Below are positions 19,101 to 29,173 of a stretch of 45,437 nucleotides of DNA, one piece after another; position 1 is the first letter of the stretch, and each line of letters opens with the position of its first letter. The notes beneath the pieces are model-generated. The model did not search any database. It was given only the letters and a program-made list of their open reading frames with translations, and was not told the origin of the DNA. The stretch covers positions 1 to 45,437 of the forward strand of contig JABLTI010000012.1 of NCBI GenBank assembly GCA_013166835.1, written 5' to 3'. Origin of the DNA: Promethearchaeati archaeon (lineage in GTDB: Archaea > Asgardarchaeota > Heimdallarchaeia > JABLTI01). Both the position numbers and the translations under genes were made by a program.

Positions 19101-20216
19101 TCAATCTTCACATAATGGTAGATAGATATCTAAGATATTTCTCTTAGCTTCAAAAGGTAATGCAACAAATCCATTGTAGAATCTGATTAATGAATTAATA
19201 ACAAACGGTCCTAAATCTTGGAATTCTTGTTCTGTTGCAGAGGTTTTCAAATCAGTAGGGTGTTCAACATCTTTTTGATCAAATATGTAATTAACCTGAA
19301 ATGCTTCTACATTGACTTTCAAATAGTCAGTTTCATCTTTCTTCACATTTTCAAAATCAACATTGATTCTTATCTTGGGTTTTGGATCATTCAAAATAGA
19401 CATTAAGAGTAATTCAGTTATCATATGATTCAAATCATTGTCTGCGAGAACCAATCGTGGCTGATTGAAATTACCTGTGACTTCGAAGTTTTTATCACGA
19501 TAATCACTTCTCAATCGATTCACAACAGTTGCAAAAGTCCTCGAGATATCAATTTCTGTTATGTTGTCTCTTGTTTTTTCAGAAATTGCTTGTAATTTTT
19601 TAATATTGCGAGTTAATCTTGCATTCTTTCGAATTGCTTCTTGGAACAAACTAAGAACCTTCTTTTGCTCCACGGTTGGGTTTAATTTATCAATTTGAAC
19701 CATAGTTAATAACAAGGATTGATTTAGTTCATCCACATTGTTAACCAAGAGATCGTTTAAGTAGAGAATTTCTTTGTGAGCTATTCCTAAATCCTTTAGA
19801 TATTTTTGATTATCAAGTTTTAATATGTGTTTTACAATAACTTCATTTAATGTTCGAAGAATCTTATCTGGACTAACTGGTTTTTCCAGGTACCCTCCAA
19901 CATCAAATTGCATAGCTTTTATGGCAGTATCCAAAGTTCCATATCCAGTGATAACTATGAATTCGGTATCAGGACTGATAGATCTTAATTGGGAAATCAA
20001 ATCCATACCATTGATATCTGGAAGCTTTAAATCAACCATAGCGATATTAAAGAATTCATCTGAAAGAACTGCTCTACCCTCTTCACCAGTTCCTACGCAG
20101 CGAACATTCTGATAACCATTTCTGTTTAGAATTTCAACGAAAAGATCGCCTATATCTTGATCATCATCAATTATCAAGATGCTGATTCTTTCCTTGACGG
20201 ATCCATTAGCACTCAT
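19101..20216 (-). CDS. Response-regulator receiver fused to a degenerate histidine-kinase-like (DHp/HATPase) region
   Basis: LIIDDD, MVDLKLP, VITG, YLEKP receiver motifs; C-terminal part has kinase-like layout without H, N or G boxes. Confidence 0.8.
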   Translation of the reverse strand: MSANGSVKERISILIIDDDQDIGDLFVEILNRNGYQNVRCVGTGEEGRAVLSDEFFNIAMVDLKLPDINGMDLISQLRSISPDTEFIVITGYGTLDTAIKAMQFDVGGYLEKPVSPDKILRTLNEVIVKHILKLDNQKYLKDLGIAHKEILYLNDLLVNNVDELNQSLLLTMVQIDKLNPTVEQKKVLSLFQEAIRKNARLTRNIKKLQAISEKTRDNITEIDISRTFATVVNRLRSDYRDKNFEVTGNFNQPRLVLADNDLNHMITELLLMSILNDPKPKIRINVDFENVKKDETDYLKVNVEAFQVNYIFDQKDVEHPTDLKTSATEQEFQDLGPFVINSLIRFYNGFVALPFEAKRNILDIYLPLCED

Positions 20217-20387
20217 TTCGACACTATCCTTCCTATAGAGCAAAACAGCTAAACTATACCCACATATAGCAATACCAATTTCCTTTTTGCTCACGCAAAT
20301 TACCCTTGTTAAAGGTTAATTCACTAAATGTATTCTCGTCTTTTAAAACTTATTAAATTAACAAATAACAACCAACTAGTAAACATA

Positions 20388-21020
20388 TCATCCAAAGATT
20401 AGAAGATGTTGAGTTCCCCAAATTATAGTTGCTAAGAGGCTAAAAACAAAAACAATAATCGATTTTTTTCTTTGTCTTGGAGTAAATAATGAGATAAAAC
20501 TACAAATAATTGCTATAACTCCAACTGGGAAACCCCCGTATAATGAAACACAAGGCATAGGAACACCATAGAGAATAACAGCTATAATCAAGAATGCTAT
20601 ACCCACATTCGCCCAGCAATTACGTTTAATAACTAGCTTCTTTCGCAATTCCCCTGTTGTAATTGGTTTCCTTGGAGGAATCTTAATGGCTACATGTCCT
20701 TCCTCTGTCACAATCTCAGGGGCAAAAATAAATTCACCGTCATTTCTTAAACGAAGTTCACTACAAGCAGAAATAACTTCCTCAATAGAAAGACTAGTAG
20801 CTGTTGCTATCAATTTGACACTTACTATTTTCTTTTCCTTAACAAGTTCCTCGATTTTAAGTAGCTTCTTAGCAGAAATTGTGCTTTCATAAGGAAAACC
20901 AACTGAAGGCAACACCTCAATTTCTTCTTTGATCATTCCACCACAATTAGAACAAAAAGCATCATCATGATTTATTAACTCACCACAATGAGGACAAGAA
21001 TTCTCAGAATCTAGTACCAC
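20388..21020 (-). CDS. Zinc-ribbon membrane protein (paralog A, with helical insert)
   Basis: CPHC-x10-CSNC; three C-terminal hydrophobic segments. Confidence 0.75.
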   Translation of the reverse strand: MVLDSENSCPHCGELINHDDAFCSNCGGMIKEEIEVLPSVGFPYESTISAKKLLKIEELVKEKKIVSVKLIATATSLSIEEVISACSELRLRNDGEFIFAPEIVTEEGHVAIKIPPRKPITTGELRKKLVIKRNCWANVGIAFLIIAVILYGVPMPCVSLYGGFPVGVIAIICSFISLFTPRQRKKSIIVFVFSLLATIIWGTQHLLIFG

Positions 21021-21105
21021 GTTTTACTCAATTCCGAAATAACAATATGATAGGCAAATGTTAAATTTATCTGCTTATAGGGATACATCACAAATAGTTT
21101 GTTAA

Positions 21106-21567
21106 CTATAACCAATATATCCCAAGAAACATGAATTGTGTAATCCAGACAACGGGGGCAAGAAAAGCTATGATGATTGCCCAAATCTTACGAGTTTTCA
21201 AATATGGATTAAACATACCTATAATTGCTGTAATTATTGCTAGAACACTAAATGGTACACCACCATATAATGAAATTGCAGGCATTGGAATTGCATAAAG
21301 AAGTGCAGCAATAACTGTAAAAATTATTGATAGATTAGTAGGTATGTTTTGTTTAAACTTCCCTTGGGTAACCCCTTGTTTAGTTATCTCATCAACCATA
21401 ACTGAGCGAGTGAAATCTTTTTTCTCTTCCTTAGAGATATCCAAAGTTTCAATTTTTTGACCAAGCAGTTGTTCTTTTAAATGACCTCCACAATTATTGC
21501 AAAAATCATGATCAGGATCAACTGATTCAAAACAATGAGGACAAGAATTTTCAGATTCAATAACCAT
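21106..21567 (-). CDS. Zinc-ribbon membrane protein (paralog B)
   Basis: CPHC-x10-CNNC; shares SENSCPHC and PMP..SLYGG.P with the neighbouring gene. Confidence 0.75.
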   Translation of the reverse strand: MVIESENSCPHCFESVDPDHDFCNNCGGHLKEQLLGQKIETLDISKEEKKDFTRSVMVDEITKQGVTQGKFKQNIPTNLSIIFTVIAALLYAIPMPAISLYGGVPFSVLAIITAIIGMFNPYLKTRKIWAIIIAFLAPVVWITQFMFLGIYWL

Positions 21568-21654
21568 TTTTTACTCCATCCCTGTAAATAGGATTCTCAA
21601 CTCACAATAAAAATCTTTCATAAAAAAGAATGAAAGAGAAAAAAAAACATTCAG

Positions 21655-21807
21655 CTATAATTTTTCTGATATTCTCTCCATCGCTCGAGCAATTCTCTCG
21701 AGATAACTTTCTAGATTCCGATTCATCTGTTCCAAAGTTCGTTGAATATCATCCATATTTCTTTGTAAGCCTTCAATTTCGCGTTCAATATTGTCTAAAT
21801 CACCCAT
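21655..21807 (-). CDS. 50-aa coiled-coil microprotein (not in ORF track)
   Basis: MGDLDNIEREIEGLQRNMDDIQRTLEQMNRNLESYLERIARAMERISEKL*; GATGGTG RBS 5 nt before ATG; continuous heptad pattern. Confidence 0.75.
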   Translation of the reverse strand: MGDLDNIEREIEGLQRNMDDIQRTLEQMNRNLESYLERIARAMERISEKL

Positions 21808-21898
21808 AATAGCACCATCTAAATTTTCCATTTGATTTTTTTACTTTCATTTATCTCCCTAAGCGCTCTTTATTATAGTTTTTTGTGAAAGGATAGCT

Positions 21899-22156
21899 AT
21901 GTCCGGACATCATACGTACATTCCCTGGTTTCAAAACGATCATACAGAAGACCCAAAAGAATGGAGGAAAGAAGCTATGGAGTTGATGAAGACACAAAGA
22001 CTATGCGTTATGTGTGGACAATTCCACTATTTTCAATTTTTTAAGAAAGAAACTTATTACATTCATCTTAATTGTCCCAGTTGTCAAGAGGTACTCAAAT
22101 TACCTCGAAAAAAAAATCGCATGGAAACTAAGTGGGCAAAACCGAAATGGAAGTAG
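21899..22156 (+). CDS. Small zinc-finger protein
   Basis: CVMC...CPSC pairs, basic C-terminus. Confidence 0.65.
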   Translation: MSGHHTYIPWFQNDHTEDPKEWRKEAMELMKTQRLCVMCGQFHYFQFFKKETYYIHLNCPSCQEVLKLPRKKNRMETKWAKPKWK

Positions 22157-22216
22157 GATTTAGTTTCTCAGCAATTTAAAACAGCAACAGATATAAAAGA
22201 AACAAACTTTGTTGAC

Positions 22217-23089
22217 TTGATTAAAGTGGAAAATTTTGAATCAGTTACAAAACATATAGTAGTTGATACCTCTACCCAAAGAGTTAGCAGATCCTGCGTT
22301 TTAGGAGGAATCTCTTTGGGAAATTATTCAATAGCTATTGATAGTGGTGATTCTTTAGAAGTTGGAACCGCTTTTCACAAAGGTTTAGAATCTCATTTCA
22401 AAGTTCCGGTAAAATACCTCTTTTTTACACACACGCATAATGATCACAGAGGCGGTAGAGAAGCATTCTTTGATAGTGTTTTTCTGATGAGTCAGAAATG
22501 CAGAGAAAACATGCCAAAAAGTGTAAGATTGAGTAAGTTTGCTGTAGAAACCTTTGAGGAGAAATTTGTCCTCGAAGAAAGTGATTTGTCAGTAGAATTT
22601 ATCAAAGTAAGTGGACACAGTATAGGATTCAGTGTTGCTTATTTTCCAAAAGAGAAAGTGCTATTTGCTGGGGACCTCTTCATTGTGGGTTCAGTCAATT
22701 TTGGGTTGCCATTCATGAGTTTTTATCAGAATAAACCAAAGAGAACCGGGAATCCTGAAGAATATCTTGTAGCTTTCGAGTTATTCAAAAAAATGGATCT
22801 AGAGGTAATTATTCCAGGACATGGAGATCTTGTGTATGACCCACAAAAATTCTTGAAGACACAGACAGCATTCTTTAATGGATTAAAGACTCATTTCATA
22901 GCAGCTATTGCGGAAGGTAAAACTGTTGAGGAGATTGATATGCCACAATTAGAACCAATCATTAAAGCATATAATATAGCAGAAAAAAAGAAACCTAGAA
23001 GTAAAAATATTCGATTTCTAGAGCACTACTTGGATACTTTGAAGACAAGTTTCTATAATTATTACAGCGGGAAATTCCATCAAGTATAG
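22217..23089 (+). CDS. MBL-fold metallo-hydrolase
   Basis: IDSG, THTHNDH, GHS, LFAGDL, IPGHG. Confidence 0.9.
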   Translation: MIKVENFESVTKHIVVDTSTQRVSRSCVLGGISLGNYSIAIDSGDSLEVGTAFHKGLESHFKVPVKYLFFTHTHNDHRGGREAFFDSVFLMSQKCRENMPKSVRLSKFAVETFEEKFVLEESDLSVEFIKVSGHSIGFSVAYFPKEKVLFAGDLFIVGSVNFGLPFMSFYQNKPKRTGNPEEYLVAFELFKKMDLEVIIPGHGDLVYDPQKFLKTQTAFFNGLKTHFIAAIAEGKTVEEIDMPQLEPIIKAYNIAEKKKPRSKNIRFLEHYLDTLKTSFYNYYSGKFHQV

Positions 23090-23090
23090 T

Positions 23091-24848
23091 TTATTCTTCA
23101 TCAGTCGATTTTTCTTCGCTTGATTTGGCAGGAGTTTTCTTACGGTAGAAAAATGCAAGAATTAGTGTTAGAGCAAGCACAACCAAAAAACCAACAACTA
23201 TGTATATAGGAGTAGCATCAAATGGTTGATCATTTGGATCAAGGGGATCTGTCCCAGCTGCAATTTCCTCTGCATCAGTATAACCATCTGCATCTGTATC
23301 AGCCGCAAGCGGATTAGTATTATATTCGTTTACTTCAGCACCGTCCAGCAAAGTATCTCCATCGGTATCCTCATCCAAAGGATCTGTATTATGGATAAGA
23401 AATTCGTCACCATCAGACAACAAATCATCGTCTGTGTCATCATCTAGAGGATCAGTTTCATGAATGAATAATTCATCACTATCAGACAGACCATCGATGT
23501 CTGTATCACTTATTCTCGGATCTGTGAGATAGATGAAAATTTCATCCCAGTCTGTTAAGTCATCAGAATCTGTATCCTCATTATTAGGATTGGTTCCGCG
23601 ATTATGTTCATCTATATTTGTTAATCCATCCCCATCAAGGTCTTCGTCTGCATCTGTTGGATCGAGAGGATTCAAACCAGAAGTATATTCATAATAATCA
23701 GACATCTCATCACCGTCGGTGTCTGGATTAGTAGTATTTGTTCCTATAATTTTTTCTTGGTAATCTGTTAGTTTATCATTATCAGCATCAGAACCTATAA
23801 TCAACAAACCATTAATATCAGCTGTACAGAAAATGAGTTCACCGGAAATAAAAAGCTGACCATTGCCATCATAACCGGTATTATAATTACCAATTCCTTT
23901 AGGATTATCAGGATCTGATATATCTACTCCAACAACTGTAAATGAATCATAAGTGGTCACATAAATCATTGTATCATTGACATAGAGGTTTGATAATCGG
24001 CTTTGGGGATAGACTCCTCTTATTACTGGATTAAGAAGATTACTTTTATCATAGATAACTAGTCCATCATCATTTGTCACAAAAACTAACGAACCAACAG
24101 CACGAACATCTATAAAATTAGTTCCGCTATAGGTAGTAGTATGTGTGGGAGATGCAGGATTGTAAACATAAACAAGCTCTAATCCATCATAATCACAAAT
24201 GAAAGCTGTGTTGGATTGAACAAAGATATTTCCATACCAATCTCCCATTGCTAATTGACCTACTTTAGTTATAGATGAAGGAATATCTGTCTTGTAAATT
24301 ATTAATCCATAATAATAATCTACAATGTAAGTGTAGTTTCCTTTCACAAAAAAATAATGATAATATGGTGGATTAGCATCTTGATACTCAGCTAGCATAA
24401 TGGGATTTGTTACATCAGTAATGTCTATTATCCACAGATAAATATAACTCAGTAAATATGCACGATTACCTTGTACAGAAATCTGCTCTATCCAATAACC
24501 AAAACCTAAATGTCCAACCTCTGTCGTATCAAGAGGATCCGAAATGTTCACAATTGAAATACCATCAATGAGTGCGAGATAAGCAAAATCACCTACAACA
24601 AATACATCCGTAACTGTTCGACCTCTAAATGATCCAATTAATCCATAAAAGTAGTGATTCGGTGTTAACTCAATAGGATCTAAAACATTTATTGCTTGAA
24701 TCTGACAGTTTTTTCTTGGAGCTATTAATAATTCTTCGTTGGATTGTAAAATATTGATACTTGTAAATGAAAAGACTAAAACAAAAGCAATTATGAATGT
24801 GTTAATTTTTCGTTTTCTGATTCTTTTTCTAGGAAAAAGCATTTTCAT
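23091..24848 (-). CDS. Surface protein with LVIVD repeats, DxDxDG repeats and C-terminal TM
   Basis: Same architecture as 5..3184 but shorter; GGGAGGG RBS before ATG 24848. Confidence 0.85.
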   Translation of the reverse strand: MKMLFPRKRIRKRKINTFIIAFVLVFSFTSINILQSNEELLIAPRKNCQIQAINVLDPIELTPNHYFYGLIGSFRGRTVTDVFVVGDFAYLALIDGISIVNISDPLDTTEVGHLGFGYWIEQISVQGNRAYLLSYIYLWIIDITDVTNPIMLAEYQDANPPYYHYFFVKGNYTYIVDYYYGLIIYKTDIPSSITKVGQLAMGDWYGNIFVQSNTAFICDYDGLELVYVYNPASPTHTTTYSGTNFIDVRAVGSLVFVTNDDGLVIYDKSNLLNPVIRGVYPQSRLSNLYVNDTMIYVTTYDSFTVVGVDISDPDNPKGIGNYNTGYDGNGQLFISGELIFCTADINGLLIIGSDADNDKLTDYQEKIIGTNTTNPDTDGDEMSDYYEYTSGLNPLDPTDADEDLDGDGLTNIDEHNRGTNPNNEDTDSDDLTDWDEIFIYLTDPRISDTDIDGLSDSDELFIHETDPLDDDTDDDLLSDGDEFLIHNTDPLDEDTDGDTLLDGAEVNEYNTNPLAADTDADGYTDAEEIAAGTDPLDPNDQPFDATPIYIVVGFLVVLALTLILAFFYRKKTPAKSSEEKSTDEE

Positions 24849-24957
24849 TATAACCCTCCCACAGGCAACTAATAATCTATGTACCAATAGTAACTACTAC
24901 TTTTATCTTTTATCTAGGTGAATAAAAGAAATTGACAGAAAAGATTTTTAGAATACC

Positions 24958-26133
24958 TTATTTACTTTCGAATTCTTTCTTCATTGCCTTAACCAAATCC
25001 GGATTAGTTAGAACATCGATTGCAGTCATAGCAAGTGCTTTTGCAGCATTTATCATTGCTTCATGACCTTTCTCTGAAGAAGAAGCCTTTGCAAATTGTT
25101 TGGAATGTCCCGGTATAGACTCATCACTTACTCGTATGTATGGATGAATTGTTGGAACTATCTGACTTACATTACCAATATCACTTGATCCTAGACCCGC
25201 TCCAGGTTTCATTGGGAAGATTGGAACATTTATGATTTTAAGATTCTTAAGAAATGCTTCACCTAATACTCGATTTATTTTCCTTGAAGCATACGAAGGT
25301 TCGATGATAGAAAATTTTAGTTCAGCACCTGTACTCAATGCAGCTCCTTTTGCACAAGCTTCTACTTTCTTAACTAATTCTTTGCAATAGTTAGTATCCA
25401 AAGCACGAACATAATAGGATGCAGAAGCATAATCAGGGATAATATTTGCTTTCACGCCACCGTTTGTTATTATTCCATGAATTCTAGCATCACTGGTTAT
25501 ATGCTGACGTAATGCACTTATCGCATTATACGTTTGAACTACAGCATCAAGAGCATTGATCCCACTTTCCGGATCAGCAGAAGCATGAGCGGTTTGACCA
25601 AAGAATTCGATTTTCACTTCAGATAATGCTAATCCACCTCTGCCAACCATTGTATAAGTTGCTGATGGGTGAAACATCATTGTTGCATCAACTTCTTTGA
25701 AAAGACCTGCATCAATCATGAAAATTTTACCTCCTCCTCCCTCTTCAGCTGGAGTACCCATAAAGATCAATTGACCGGGGATCTCAGACTTTATTTGTCC
25801 AATAGCTAAAGAAGCTCCTAAAGCAGCTGTCGCAATTAAATTGTGACCACACCCATGTCCTACTTCTGGTAATGCATCATATTCAGCTAAAATGGCTACT
25901 GTTGGACCTTTACTAATTTCAGGATGTACTGCTTTTATTGCAGTTTCTAAATCTGCTACACCCAATTCAACAGAAAATCCGGCTTCTTCTAGTTTCTTTG
26001 CGAGTAATTTTGATGCTTTAAATTCCTTGAAGTTTAATTCAGGATTGTTAAAAATCTCTAAGCTAACTTGAATTAATTCATCCTTGATTTCATCAATATG
26101 TTTGATTATTTTCTCTTTCGACATCCTACTCAT
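24958..26133 (-). CDS. M20 family amidohydrolase (AbgB/PM20D2-like)
   Basis: NPEL.F.E, AEYDALP.VGHGCGHN, GTPAEEGGGGK, MFHP, GSSDIGNVS. Confidence 0.92.
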   Translation of the reverse strand: MSRMSKEKIIKHIDEIKDELIQVSLEIFNNPELNFKEFKASKLLAKKLEEAGFSVELGVADLETAIKAVHPEISKGPTVAILAEYDALPEVGHGCGHNLIATAALGASLAIGQIKSEIPGQLIFMGTPAEEGGGGKIFMIDAGLFKEVDATMMFHPSATYTMVGRGGLALSEVKIEFFGQTAHASADPESGINALDAVVQTYNAISALRQHITSDARIHGIITNGGVKANIIPDYASASYYVRALDTNYCKELVKKVEACAKGAALSTGAELKFSIIEPSYASRKINRVLGEAFLKNLKIINVPIFPMKPGAGLGSSDIGNVSQIVPTIHPYIRVSDESIPGHSKQFAKASSSEKGHEAMINAAKALAMTAIDVLTNPDLVKAMKKEFESK

Positions 26134-26324
26134 ATCCTAAATACATAAGAAGATGAACTTTAAGAATTATGTGGAAAGAAACTTTAAAATTTATGATGAT
26201 ACAAATGAATCGTTGTTAATAGCAAACTAATCATTTTTTAAATCAAATTGAGGAGAATTCTTCTTTAGAAATTAATTAGGAAATGCTTTAGAATCAAGAA
26301 GAATACATAAAATAGGTATATTTC

Positions 26325-27350
26325 ATGCAAATTAATTCAGCTTTTATTACAGGTGCCAATGGATTTATTGGTAGTTACTTGACAAAATTCCTTGCAGAAC
26401 AAGGTATTGAAACTACTGCTTTTATTTTAAAAGGCACTGATTGTAATTTACTTCGGAGCATTTATCCTTCTCTTAAGAATGTCAAAATTGTTGAAGGCAA
26501 CATCCTTGATAAGAAATCTTTGCAGAAGCATGTCAAAGGAATGAATTTTATTTTTCATTTAGCTGGTATAATACAAGGTTATATTCAAGAGGATTATGAT
26601 CGAGTCAATGTTTTTGGTACAAAAAATCTTTTAGAAATTTGCTCAAACAATTCCCAAGAGCTTGAGAGTTTAGTAATTGTATCTTCAATTTCTGCTGCAG
26701 GATATGGAACACCAGACAACCCTTTGATTGAGGATAAAGTTGAAGAACCAATTTTAAATGATTATTATGGGATTTCAAAATATAGGATGGAGTGTTTAGC
26801 TAAATCCTATAATGAAAAATTACCAATAAGCATTGTTCGACCTTGTTCAGTTTTAGGTCCAGGTAATTTTGTTATACTTGATAATTATAAATCAGTGAAA
26901 CTTGGTATTAAGCTAATGATGGCTGGACCAAAAAGATACATAAGTATTATTGATGTTGAAGATATAGCGAGAGGTATTTATCTATGTGCTGAAAATCCAA
27001 AAGCAGTTGGAGAAGTTTTCTATTTTAGCAGTGATGGTCATATATCATTTAATGAAATGAGTGAAATTATGAATTATAAAATATTTAAGCGCAAATATGG
27101 TAGTTTGTTAAGTATTACAGTTCCAAAATTTATGATACATATTATTACATTATTTTCTGAGCTCTACCATAAAATGCAAAGAAAACCTGCCCCTTTCATT
27201 AATCGCTCAAAATTACTAGGTGCTTATGCACCTGGACAAGTTGTTAATTCAGAAAAAGCAAAAGAGATTCTCGGTTGGAAACCAAAATATACAATAGTGG
27301 AAACAATTACTCGAGAAGGCAAATGGTTCCAGGATCATGGGTGGATATAA
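26325..27350 (+). CDS. Extended SDR, NAD-dependent epimerase/dehydratase (3-beta-HSD-like)
   Basis: TGANGFIG, HLAG, NVFGT, SS, YGISK, RP. Confidence 0.88.
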   Translation: MQINSAFITGANGFIGSYLTKFLAEQGIETTAFILKGTDCNLLRSIYPSLKNVKIVEGNILDKKSLQKHVKGMNFIFHLAGIIQGYIQEDYDRVNVFGTKNLLEICSNNSQELESLVIVSSISAAGYGTPDNPLIEDKVEEPILNDYYGISKYRMECLAKSYNEKLPISIVRPCSVLGPGNFVILDNYKSVKLGIKLMMAGPKRYISIIDVEDIARGIYLCAENPKAVGEVFYFSSDGHISFNEMSEIMNYKIFKRKYGSLLSITVPKFMIHIITLFSELYHKMQRKPAPFINRSKLLGAYAPGQVVNSEKAKEILGWKPKYTIVETITREGKWFQDHGWI

Positions 27351-28085
27351 TTGGCAGAAGAGCTAGTCAAGACTAATGTGGAAAAAATACTGGATGAGGT
27401 TCCGGTCAAAGAACTTTTGCTCTTGAGTATTCCAATTAGTATAATCTTTGCTGTTTCTGGAATGGACTTCATTGGTTGGTTCACATATCTTGCAACCAGA
27501 GCATCCAACGAGGAAATTTATACTCGAGGCATTCTTAATGTAATGTTATTGGGATTTCTGTTTACTACTGTTTCACTAGTTATCATTCCAGTTATTGTTA
27601 ACAAAGTTCGCTGGAAAAAACCTCTAGCATATTTTGGAACGCAAAAAGGTGAACTCAAGATTGGTTTAATCATAGTGGGAGTATTCTTATTGGCTACACC
27701 ACTTTTCTATTTTAGCACCAAAGATCCAAAACTCGTCAATACCTACCCACTGACAAAAGACGTTCAAGGCAGATGGTCATTTTTCGCTCTCTACGAGATG
27801 AGCTATATATTATTCTATTATATTCCATATGAATTCTATTTCCGAGGAGTATTGCAATTAGGGTTAAGCAAAACATGGAAAACATGGCAGAGTATACTTT
27901 TTGTTACAGTACTTACTACTCTTCTTCATATAACAAAGCCATGGACAGAAATTCTTGCAGCATTTGCATTTGGATTTGTGTTTGGAATTATAGCTGAAAA
28001 AACGAAATCTTGGTATTATGTCTGTGCTATTCATTTCACAGCTGGTGTATTAACCGACACTTTCCTTTCAATAGGAGTGATATAG
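27351..28085 (+). CDS. CPBP (Abi/Rce1-like CAAX) family intramembrane protease
   Basis: Multi-TM; YEFYFRG, LLHITKPWTE, KSW....AIH. Confidence 0.82.
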   Translation: MAEELVKTNVEKILDEVPVKELLLLSIPISIIFAVSGMDFIGWFTYLATRASNEEIYTRGILNVMLLGFLFTTVSLVIIPVIVNKVRWKKPLAYFGTQKGELKIGLIIVGVFLLATPLFYFSTKDPKLVNTYPLTKDVQGRWSFFALYEMSYILFYYIPYEFYFRGVLQLGLSKTWKTWQSILFVTVLTTLLHITKPWTEILAAFAFGFVFGIIAEKTKSWYYVCAIHFTAGVLTDTFLSIGVI

Positions 28086-28086
28086 A

Positions 28087-29145
28087 ATGAGTGATTCAAT
28101 AACTAAGAGAAGAAAACGAGTTATAATCACAGGTGCTAATGGTTTTGTTGGTAGTAATCTAACAAAATACTTGAGTCTAGATCCTTCTCTTGAAGTCTAT
28201 GCTATGGTTCGTCCAAAAGCGCCTGTTAATTTCTTGAAAGATTTTCAATATAATGATGATTCTGGAGAAAAGTTGTTTGAGATAGTTGAATGTAACTTAT
28301 TAGATGAAGATTTAATTGTTAAAGCATTTGAAAATAAAGACATAGTAATTCATTTAGCAGGTTATGTTAGTGATTGGGGTAGCAAAGAACGCTTTTGGAA
28401 ATTGAACGTTGAAGGCACAAAATTAGTTCTCCAAGCAGCCTATAAATCAAAAGTATCAAGGGTTCTTTATTTGAGTTCATTAACTGTACATGGTCTTGGA
28501 GGTCATAAATATGATAATGAAGATGCTCCATACGCGAAGAAGAATAATGCTTACGGAGAATCAAAGAAAGTTGGAGAAGAACTCTTATTAAAGTGGATCG
28601 CTAATAATCCTGAATCGGATGGAGCGATTATTAGACCTGGTTTTATAATCTATGGTAGGTTTGATAAAAACTCATTCATTCTTGCTCTTGATGCTATGGC
28701 CAAAGGAAGATTCGGTTTTATAAATAGAGGTAAACGATTAGTTTCATATGTATTTGTAGAGAATTTATGCTATGGTATCAATCAACTAATCCAAGCAGAA
28801 GAATTAAGTGGAGCATACAATATTCTCGATGGAAATATGACTTGGAAGGAATGGGTTGCTAAGTGGGAGAAAGCTATAGGAAGAAAAGTAACAAAAATTA
28901 GTGTACCTTATGCTTTTCTTGTGCCAATTACTGCAGTAATGGTTGGATTTTATAAATTATTTCGAATTAAGAAATCACCTCTATTGAATTTTTATCGGAT
29001 AAATGTAATGCGAAAAGACTTAGCTTTCACAAATACTAAAATCAAAACGGAAATTGGTTATCACCCACCAACAGAATTAGATGAGAGTATGCAGCAAACT
29101 TTGGAATTTTATTATGAATCAAAAACAAAAAAAGAAAAAAAGTAA
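28087..29145 (+). CDS. Extended SDR (3-beta-HSD/OleD-like)
   Basis: TGANGFVG, HLAG..SDWG, NVEGT, YGESK, RPGFIIYG. Confidence 0.88.
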   Translation: MSDSITKRRKRVIITGANGFVGSNLTKYLSLDPSLEVYAMVRPKAPVNFLKDFQYNDDSGEKLFEIVECNLLDEDLIVKAFENKDIVIHLAGYVSDWGSKERFWKLNVEGTKLVLQAAYKSKVSRVLYLSSLTVHGLGGHKYDNEDAPYAKKNNAYGESKKVGEELLLKWIANNPESDGAIIRPGFIIYGRFDKNSFILALDAMAKGRFGFINRGKRLVSYVFVENLCYGINQLIQAEELSGAYNILDGNMTWKEWVAKWEKAIGRKVTKISVPYAFLVPITAVMVGFYKLFRIKKSPLLNFYRINVMRKDLAFTNTKIKTEIGYHPPTELDESMQQTLEFYYESKTKKEKK

Positions 29146-29173
29146 GATTGAATTAAATCACTAAATACTACTT

